A stretch of 64,000 nucleotides of DNA. Source: Limisphaerales bacterium. GTDB lineage: Bacteria > Verrucomicrobiota > Verrucomicrobiia > Limisphaerales > JAJOIW01. Location: the NCBI GenBank assembly GCA_965657355.1, contig CBFHOE010000009.1, forward strand, positions 64,001-128,000, written 5' to 3'. Below, in pieces: positions 30,230 through 37,821 of this stretch. Below the pieces are notes generated by a model that had not been told where the DNA came from, searched no databases, and worked only from the letters and a program-made list of their open reading frames with translations. The number at the start of each line of letters is the position of its first letter. Positions within the stretch are counted from its first letter, which is position 1. The position numbers were made by a program, and so were the translations under genes.

Positions 30230-31762
30230 TTAATTCTGATTACCAAATGCATAGAGCTTACTATGTGTCCTGATATAAACGATGCCATCGACTATAGCAG
30301 GGGTAGCATAGACTTCCTCGCCCATTTTATTTATGGATTTAATTTCAGGAAAGTCACCCAGACTTATGACTGAAACTTCGCCAAAACCGGAAGTAGAATA
30401 AAGATGATTACCCGCAATAAGAGGAGAAGCATAGTGAGTTCCACCGCCCTTGGTTCTTTCAATCCACTCGCGCCTACCGGATTTCAAATCTAAGCATGTC
30501 AAGATCCCTCCATTCTTAACAAAGTATACCTTGCCCTTATAGTAAAGTGGCGAAGGTATTTCAGGAATGCCGCGCTTGAATAGGGTGCGGATATTGTTTT
30601 TAGGCACTATTCCAGAACTATCAAGTTTTATGGCCATAATCCCATGTGATTTGTATCGCGAACGCCATTCATCGACGTCCTTGACAAAAAGGCCCCATTC
30701 ATTTTCAGAAAAAATACCATCTCTATTTCTATCTGCTTGGTGAAATCGTATCTTTCCTCCATTCATTGGAGCTTCCTGTCCCTCTGGCCTGTGAAAAGCC
30801 CAGAGGGTAGGCCATTCATCTCGAGTCAAGTTTCCACTTTTGTCTTTATCGTTTGAAGAAATGAGAGATTTATAAGCCGGGACATCAGGACGTAATTCTG
30901 GTTCACCCATTTTATTCCATGCAGCTACGACGACTTCGCCATCGGCTATTATCGGGGTGCTGGTCGCTGTGGTTGCAGCTTTAGTTGTCCAAACTGTTTT
31001 TCCGGAATCCAAATCCACAGCCTGTATTGACCGTGCCCCATGAAATATTAGATTGTTGCCTGAAATGATTGGGCATGCGGTGCATGCCATTTCCATTTGG
31101 AATTTTTCCAATTGAGGAACGCGCCAAATTTCCTCACCTGTGTTTTTGTTCACCGCCAAAATGTAATGATCAACTAGATTACCCCTGTATAGAATAACCT
31201 TGTCTTTTTGAATAGATGGTGAGGTAGCGTTACCCCCAAATGTTCTTGGAAGAGGCATTCGAACCTCCCATAGTTTAGTGCCATCTATGTCATAACATAA
31301 TAGGCCGTATGAACCAAAGTAAGCGACGACCCTCTCTCCGTCAGTAGCCGGTGAACTGCTGGCCGGGTTGAACGATGGGTGCCCTTTTTCAAATTCTTCG
31401 ACTTGGGTATCACGTTGCCAAACGACTTTTCCTTCATGACGATTTATACAAACTAGAGAGAGTAATCTCTCTGATCTATTAAAGGTCGTTAAGAATATAA
31501 AATCACCGGCAATACACGGAGAGCTGTGGCCCGGGGCAACAGGCATATTCCAAATCTCATTTTTTCCAGGGCCAAAAGAAATCGGAGGGGCCTTCCCTTC
31601 GACGATCCCAGAAGAATTATGGCCACGAAATTGAGGCCAATGCACAATTCTTTCCGCACTAAGTTGCTGACCGCCAGCCGAAGATAGTAGCAACCAAACC
31701 GAGATGCCCACGAATTGTATTGCTAGTCTATAATGATAATACATATGAATACGTGGTCTCAT
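30230..31762 (-). CDS. PQQ-binding-like (BamB-like) beta-propeller protein with an EF-hand insertion
   Basis: WPQFRG, GHSSP, ASSSPATDG, YFGSYGL and YATPAI, plus EF-hand loops DKDKSGNLTRDE and DRNRDGIFSENE. Confidence 0.88.
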   Translation of the reverse strand: MRPRIHMYYHYRLAIQFVGISVWLLLSSAGGQQLSAERIVHWPQFRGHNSSGIVEGKAPPISFGPGKNEIWNMPVAPGHSSPCIAGDFIFLTTFNRSERLLSLVCINRHEGKVVWQRDTQVEEFEKGHPSFNPASSSPATDGERVVAYFGSYGLLCYDIDGTKLWEVRMPLPRTFGGNATSPSIQKDKVILYRGNLVDHYILAVNKNTGEEIWRVPQLEKFQMEMACTACPIISGNNLIFHGARSIQAVDLDSGKTVWTTKAATTATSTPIIADGEVVVAAWNKMGEPELRPDVPAYKSLISSNDKDKSGNLTRDEWPTLWAFHRPEGQEAPMNGGKIRFHQADRNRDGIFSENEWGLFVKDVDEWRSRYKSHGIMAIKLDSSGIVPKNNIRTLFKRGIPEIPSPLYYKGKVYFVKNGGILTCLDLKSGRREWIERTKGGGTHYASPLIAGNHLYSTSGFGEVSVISLGDFPEIKSINKMGEEVYATPAIVDGIVYIRTHSKLYAFGNQN

Positions 31763-31768
31763 TCTGGA

Positions 31769-33262
31769 TCACCTGGAAAATGGAGCCAATTTACCTACTG
31801 ATTTAAATTTCTGGTCCTGCCAATTACTTAGTGGTGTTAACTTTATTAAACCAGCCAACTCCGAAACCATCATATTAGGTGATGGATATTTTGATTTTAA
31901 CTTTGGAAGCTGAATGGCACGATTTTTGATGAGTGATAATTGCAAACCACTTAATATAAGCTCAGTATCAAGGTTGGCTATGGCCACTTCCTTCATAACA
32001 TTATGAAGAAGTCTTTCTCTCGCATCTAACCAGCTGTTTAGTTCCTCCATTTTTTCATTCCCATATTTTTTTTGAACCAACTCGTGAAATCCAGGAAAGC
32101 TTTCAATCCCAGGCGGCGCTTCTATTGTCTTTTTTCTTTGGCTGGATAATTTATCCCTAAGTTCCTGTTTTAATATCTGAGATTTTTCTGAGGCTTCTTT
32201 GCGAGTGATTTTTTTCTCTCTAATGAGTTTTCTTAATTTGTCCATCTCAGCGCGATAATTATCATTCATCTCTTTATTAAAATTAGACAAGGTCCTCGGC
32301 TTATTTTGCTCGATGTATGTATTAATGACTTCTTTAAACTCATTTGAAAGGCTTATATCCATGTTATCCGAAATGAGGCTTAGCAATAGTTCCGCCCTTG
32401 CTTGCGCGATCTCGGCTTTTTGTTCCTGGTTAAGACTAAGGTTTTTTTTGGTTTTATTTTCACTAAAGGCAGCCTTCCTTTTTGTGCTTATGGCATCCAA
32501 TGCTTTTTGAGCTTCATCGCGGGGCAATTCAGTCTTATAAAATGACCTGATGATTTCTTTCTCCATGGAGTTATAAAATGTTGAAAGGAATCGATTCGAT
32601 TTCCGGGAGGATTTTGAAATATTGTATAATTTTTCCCAAACTACTTTTTGCTTTTTGGATAAAACCTCGCTTATTTCCTGCTCAGGCAAAATCAATGAAA
32701 GGATCCCCATTGCCTCTACGACATCGTATATCAGATAGTTAGAAGTGATCATCATGTCAGAAACGGTCTTCCGACTTATGATCTCATGTATTTGGACCAT
32801 TTGCTCTGATGTCAGAAATAAGTGATGGTTCAACCAATAAACAAACAATTGAATTGTCGCTTCTTTATCTCGAATTTTTCGCTCAAAATGATTTCCGGAT
32901 ACAGCGGCAAGTCGGGTAGGCACAATAAACGAAAACGTATCAGATTCCACGTTTGGGTGCATGTATAAGAGCTCGATGAAATGATTAGCATCTCCACTTG
33001 TAAAAAAAATGGGAGAAAAATCATCACGCATTATCATCCGGGTTGTTTTGACGAGAACTTTTTCCAGTCGCTCAATGTTTTCCTTCGAATGCCCCAGCCA
33101 ACGCCCGTCAAGATTAGCAAGGTGATTCGCGACTGGGGCAAAGAGTGTTTCTAACCTCTTCGACTCTTTTAAATCAACCCCTGGCGTCTCTCGGCTTGTA
33201 AAAACGAAAATAAAGCAACCTAAAAGCAGTGCTAATTTATTAAATCTTTGAGATGTTTTCAT
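31769..33262 (-). CDS. Hypothetical helical protein with a signal peptide and LTxxQ-like motifs
   Basis: A long ORF within the operon. It has a hydrophobic N-terminus after MKTSQRF and the motifs LTSEQ, LSKKQ, LNQEQ, LSGLQ and LSNWQ. Confidence 0.7.
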   Translation of the reverse strand: MKTSQRFNKLALLLGCFIFVFTSRETPGVDLKESKRLETLFAPVANHLANLDGRWLGHSKENIERLEKVLVKTTRMIMRDDFSPIFFTSGDANHFIELLYMHPNVESDTFSFIVPTRLAAVSGNHFERKIRDKEATIQLFVYWLNHHLFLTSEQMVQIHEIISRKTVSDMMITSNYLIYDVVEAMGILSLILPEQEISEVLSKKQKVVWEKLYNISKSSRKSNRFLSTFYNSMEKEIIRSFYKTELPRDEAQKALDAISTKRKAAFSENKTKKNLSLNQEQKAEIAQARAELLLSLISDNMDISLSNEFKEVINTYIEQNKPRTLSNFNKEMNDNYRAEMDKLRKLIREKKITRKEASEKSQILKQELRDKLSSQRKKTIEAPPGIESFPGFHELVQKKYGNEKMEELNSWLDARERLLHNVMKEVAIANLDTELILSGLQLSLIKNRAIQLPKLKSKYPSPNMMVSELAGLIKLTPLSNWQDQKFKSVGKLAPFSR

Positions 33263-33293
33263 TTGATTTTCTTGTTTATTATACGTCTGGGAT

Positions 33294-34601
33294 TTAGTCA
33301 AAGTTAAGTATCGATTGCCCCCTAGCAGGCATTTGATTCAGAGATTTCGCCAAGCTTTGAATAATAGGATCTGAGACCTCCTGAGAAGAAATAGAATTTT
33401 TTTCCATAATGTCATTCGATAGATCGTAAATCTCCCCCGTTTGATAGAGCTTCCACCGCTTATTGCGAACGAATGCTTTTGGCTCTCCTTTCTCCGGCCT
33501 GGGCCAATAGTAAATATAAATACTGTCTCTAGGATTTCCCTCAAGGCCTTTCAACTGTGGGTAAAAGCTTCTTCCATCGGTTGGCATTGTGTTCTTTATA
33601 CCCGTAGCGTCTGCGATAGTTGGTAGGATATCGGAGAACTCAATTAGATCGTCCATGACAGTGCCAGGTGGGACATTACCCGGTTGATAAGCAAAAAATC
33701 CAACTCGAGTACCGGCATCCGTAGTCTTTCCCTTACCTCCTTGGACAATTGTGTTTTCCATCAAAGATTTAATAGTAGTGTGAGTTCCATTGTCTCCAGT
33801 CACAAGAATAAGAGTCCTCTCCGCAATGCCAAGCTCCTCGGTTTTAGAGACAATCTTTCCTATTAATTTGTCCATGTAGTAAACCATATCTGCAAAATTC
33901 CTCTGCTTATCTTTACTGTTTCTATCCGAGCTGTCGGGAGTGGGAACAAAAGGAGAATGAACTAATGCCATTGGATAATAGATAAAAAAGGGTTTATCCT
34001 TATATTCTTCCATCCTATCCAAGAGAAACTGGCAATACACGTCTGGTCCATATGTTTCTTTCCCAAAGTTTTTGGTCTGCCCGTCAATCCTAATCGTCGG
34101 CCCCCAAAAGCGATTGCCTAATTTTTCAACTTGCCATAAGCAATGCCTGTCGAAGCCAGCCTTTTCAGGCAGCGTTCCTTTGGCTTTAAATTTCTCTTTA
34201 TAATGCTCAGCTCCAAAGAGCTGCCACTTTCCAGCGACGATAGTTTTATAGCCAGCACCTTGCATCATGTGGCCGAATGTTTTTTCAGAGCGCCGTAGTA
34301 TTCCAAATCCGGCATAATTTCTAACATTTCTGAGGCCCGTCATCGCTTTCACCCTGGTCGGCGTGCAAATAGGGTTGGAATAGGCATGATTAAATCGCAT
34401 TCCTTTGCTTGCCAATCGGTTGAGGACAGGAGTTTTATATGATTGACCACCATATGATTGATAGCACTCATAACCAATATCATCTGCCATAATAAATATG
34501 ACATTAGTTTTTTGGTCACAATAGACTCCGCTTATTCCATGAATAGAAATCCATAAAACAAAAAAAATTATCTTTACCACATTTGAAATTCCAAATTGCA
34601 T
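33294..34601 (-). CDS. Sulfatase (S1, Cys-type)
   Basis: NVIFIMADDIGYE, CTPTR, AGKWQL, TGDNGT and GGKG. The start is uncertain (34601 or 34625). Confidence 0.93.
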   Translation of the reverse strand: MQFGISNVVKIIFFVLWISIHGISGVYCDQKTNVIFIMADDIGYECYQSYGGQSYKTPVLNRLASKGMRFNHAYSNPICTPTRVKAMTGLRNVRNYAGFGILRRSEKTFGHMMQGAGYKTIVAGKWQLFGAEHYKEKFKAKGTLPEKAGFDRHCLWQVEKLGNRFWGPTIRIDGQTKNFGKETYGPDVYCQFLLDRMEEYKDKPFFIYYPMALVHSPFVPTPDSSDRNSKDKQRNFADMVYYMDKLIGKIVSKTEELGIAERTLILVTGDNGTHTTIKSLMENTIVQGGKGKTTDAGTRVGFFAYQPGNVPPGTVMDDLIEFSDILPTIADATGIKNTMPTDGRSFYPQLKGLEGNPRDSIYIYYWPRPEKGEPKAFVRNKRWKLYQTGEIYDLSNDIMEKNSISSQEVSDPIIQSLAKSLNQMPARGQSILNFD

Positions 34602-34763
34602 CCGCTTTATAAAATTCACGACCAAGGATTTTATTTAATCTACCGGATTTCATTCCAAAGCATAAGAGCAAAGAGCGAATATAATGGTAATTTTTTTATT
34701 TCCTAAGAGGAAGATGACATAACATTGAATATCATATATAAAATTCAAAAGATCCCAGTATTT

Positions 34764-36347
34764 ATGAGAAATCTTTCTTTTTTGCTTTTAACAGCTCTTA
34801 CTCTTTTAAATTCCGGAGTTGAGCTCAAGGCTGCGCAGCTTCCCAACATTGTGATCATTTATAGCGATGACCTTGGGTATGGCGACTTGTCAGTTTATAA
34901 TCCAGCATCGGCCTATAAAACTCCCAGGTTAGACCAAATGGCCAAGGAGGGCATCATGTTCCTCGACGCCCATAGCCCATCGACAATTTGTTCACCATCA
35001 AGATACGGCCTTTATTCTGGCCAGCAGGTATGCAGGACAGGTAGACGGACTACCGCATTTGAGGGACCTGGAGGGCCCAGTTATATAAAACCGGGTGAAA
35101 TGTCGATAGCTGACATGCTTAAAAAGTCAGGATATCGAACAGGCGTTTTCGGAAAATGGCACGTCGGCCTGACATGGTATGATAAAAACGGCAAGCGTCT
35201 TGGTGGAGGATTCAAAAACTCGTTGCTCATAGATTATGAGAAAAGCACTCCACTTGAGGATGGCCCAAACACCCGAGGATTTGACGAATCCTTTATTACG
35301 CCTAATTGTCCAACCACGGACCCTCTGTACATTTATATAGAAAACGGCATGGTTCCAGAACCAGCAAGTCAGAGGCATAAAAGAGATAATCTACCTAACC
35401 ATGATGGAAAATGGAGATGGGATAATGATGAGGGGTGGATGGCTCCCAATTACGACTTTCTCAATGCTGACATTGTGTTTTATGACAAAACAATGGACTT
35501 CATCAAAAGGCACCAACAAAGTCATCCTGAAAAACCATTTTTTGCTGTTTATTCAACTCAAATTTGTCACGCACCAGTCTTACCTAATGAGGAATTTAAT
35601 GGTAAATCCACAGGTGGCCCAAGAGGTGATTTTGTTTTGGAACTTGATACCCTCGTGGGACGTGTCCTCGATTCATTGAAAAAAATGGGTATAGACCAAA
35701 ATACTCTAGTTATTTTTAATTCAGATAATGGTCCTGAGACGCTGCACACGCTTTGGATGAAAGAGGATTATAACCATGATGCCTCAGGTGGATTCAAAGG
35801 AATGAAAAGGGATGGCTGGGAAGGAGGCCATAGAGTCCCGTTTATTGCGCGATGGCCGAAGATGATTCCAGGAGGAAAAGTCTCTAACCAACTTATCAAC
35901 ACCACAGATATTTTTGCTACTCTCGCCTCCATTGTTGGATATGAACTTCCTGAAAATGTGGCCGTAGATAGTTTTGATATGCTTTCTGTTTTTCTTGGTC
36001 ATAGAGATGATTCAATGCCAGTTAGGCCTTACATGCTAACTCAAAGTTTTAGAGGAGAATTTCAACTCAGAGTTGGTTCTTGGAAGTTTCTGAATCATAA
36101 GGGATCCGGGGGAAACAACTACAAAAAGGGAAATTTAAAATCGTTCAATTTTACCCACTCTGAACCTGATGCCGATGGACAACTCTACAACCTCGCAGAT
36201 GACCCCAAAGAAAGAAAAAACCTTTACTTCTCAAACGAGGAAAAAAGAAATGAAATGAAAGCTCTATTGGCCGAACTGACTGACAATGAATCTGGAAGAT
36301 CAGCCCCGAGGATCAGAAAACCAATCGACATTCGAAAGTTGAAATAG
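34764..36347 (+). CDS. Arylsulfatase (S1, Cys-type), secreted
   Basis: PNIVIIYSDDLGYGD, CSPSRYGL, GKWHVG, SDNGPE and WEGGHRVPF. Probable ATG at 34764. Confidence 0.95.
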   Translation: MRNLSFLLLTALTLLNSGVELKAAQLPNIVIIYSDDLGYGDLSVYNPASAYKTPRLDQMAKEGIMFLDAHSPSTICSPSRYGLYSGQQVCRTGRRTTAFEGPGGPSYIKPGEMSIADMLKKSGYRTGVFGKWHVGLTWYDKNGKRLGGGFKNSLLIDYEKSTPLEDGPNTRGFDESFITPNCPTTDPLYIYIENGMVPEPASQRHKRDNLPNHDGKWRWDNDEGWMAPNYDFLNADIVFYDKTMDFIKRHQQSHPEKPFFAVYSTQICHAPVLPNEEFNGKSTGGPRGDFVLELDTLVGRVLDSLKKMGIDQNTLVIFNSDNGPETLHTLWMKEDYNHDASGGFKGMKRDGWEGGHRVPFIARWPKMIPGGKVSNQLINTTDIFATLASIVGYELPENVAVDSFDMLSVFLGHRDDSMPVRPYMLTQSFRGEFQLRVGSWKFLNHKGSGGNNYKKGNLKSFNFTHSEPDADGQLYNLADDPKERKNLYFSNEEKRNEMKALLAELTDNESGRSAPRIRKPIDIRKLK

Positions 36348-36384
36348 TCCCCCACGTTCTGTTCCTACGACAGACTGATTTAAA

Positions 36385-37806
36385 TTATGCCAGTAATTCC
36401 CTGATGACTCGTCCCCCGAATTGGCTGAGCTGCTTGTAACGCCCACCATGAAAATAGGTAAGCTTATTATCATCCAGACCTAATAACTTAAGAAGAGTTA
36501 CATGAAAATCTCTGATAGGGTGCACAACATCCACTGCTTCAGCGCCTAATTCGTCGGTACCACCAACTACAGCCCCGCGTTTTACTCCACCTCCAGCAAG
36601 AAGCATGGTCATGGCATCAACATTGTGCCCCCGCCCCAGTGAGTAAACCCCTCCCCTTTTGTTATTATCGGGAGTTCTACCGAACTCACCGGTCCAGATA
36701 ACTAAGGTGTCTTCCAACATGCCCCGCTGTTTTAGATCTTTAATTAAAGCGGCCATTGGCTGGTCTACACTATTGATCCGAGCGCTATGCCCCCTTTCAA
36801 GATAATCATGACTATCCCATCCACCCGAAAATATCTGGACAAATCTTACTCCTTTTTCAACGAGCCTTCTCGCCATGAGGCATTGTTCGCCAAAGCGTTT
36901 TGTATCTTTACCATTTATACCATACATTTCTTTGGTCGCTTCGGACTCCCCTTGCATGTCCATAACTGATGGGACTTCCATTTGCATCCGATAAGCTAGC
37001 TCATATGATTCCATCCGAGCTAAGAGATCTGAATTAAACGAATTTCTTTCAAAGTGTTTTTTATTCAGGAACGATAAGGCGTCCAATGCTTGTCTCTGAT
37101 GCTCTCTCGTCTTAAATTTCTGTGAGGTAATATCAAGAATAGGCGATCCTTCAGGCCGTAATCTAGTTCCCTGGTAAAATGCAGGCAAAAATCCATTAGC
37201 CCAATTTCTTGATCCCCCCTGAGGCATTGCAAGTTCAGTTAAAACAACATAACCAGGTAAGTTCTGATTGACAGTTCCAAGCCCGTAATTAACCCAAGCG
37301 CCAATAGAGGGGTCTGCTCCAAGCCTCGACCCGGTGTTCATATGAAACAGAGCTTCAGGGTGATTTAGAGACTCCGCCTGGCACCCTCTGTAGTTGCAGA
37401 GTTCGTCTGCAATATAAGGATCACTTAAATGCTTCCATTGGTCACACATTTCAATTCCAGACTGTCCTACCTTTTTAAAATTGAATGGGCTTCCTACAAA
37501 AAACTTGTACCCAGTCTCAAGCCCAGCAGCTATTTTTGATTCGGTTTTATGGAGTTCTCTCAATTTGGGCTTGGGATCAAAAGTATCCATGTGCCCGGGC
37601 CCACCCTCCATGAAAAGCATGATAACATTCTTAGCTCGAGGAGAAAATTGCGCAGGTTTGCTTGATAATGGATTTGTGTCTTTCAAACCATCACTGGCCA
37701 ACATTTTTGTGAAGGCTAATGAGCCCAGTGAAGCACCTAAACCGTACAAAAACTGTCGGCGAGTCACTTCAGAGGAATAAGGGCGAGAACATAATGTTTT
37801 ACTCAT
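36385..37806 (-). CDS. DUF1501 domain protein (Tat-type signal)
   Basis: TRRQFL, AKNVIMLFMEGGPGHMDTFDPKP, ARRLVEKGVRFVQ, WDSH, GEFGRTP and GRGH. Confidence 0.93.
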   Translation of the reverse strand: MSKTLCSRPYSSEVTRRQFLYGLGASLGSLAFTKMLASDGLKDTNPLSSKPAQFSPRAKNVIMLFMEGGPGHMDTFDPKPKLRELHKTESKIAAGLETGYKFFVGSPFNFKKVGQSGIEMCDQWKHLSDPYIADELCNYRGCQAESLNHPEALFHMNTGSRLGADPSIGAWVNYGLGTVNQNLPGYVVLTELAMPQGGSRNWANGFLPAFYQGTRLRPEGSPILDITSQKFKTREHQRQALDALSFLNKKHFERNSFNSDLLARMESYELAYRMQMEVPSVMDMQGESEATKEMYGINGKDTKRFGEQCLMARRLVEKGVRFVQIFSGGWDSHDYLERGHSARINSVDQPMAALIKDLKQRGMLEDTLVIWTGEFGRTPDNNKRGGVYSLGRGHNVDAMTMLLAGGGVKRGAVVGGTDELGAEAVDVVHPIRDFHVTLLKLLGLDDNKLTYFHGGRYKQLSQFGGRVIRELLA

Positions 37807-37821
37807 ATCTTATATCCTTGG

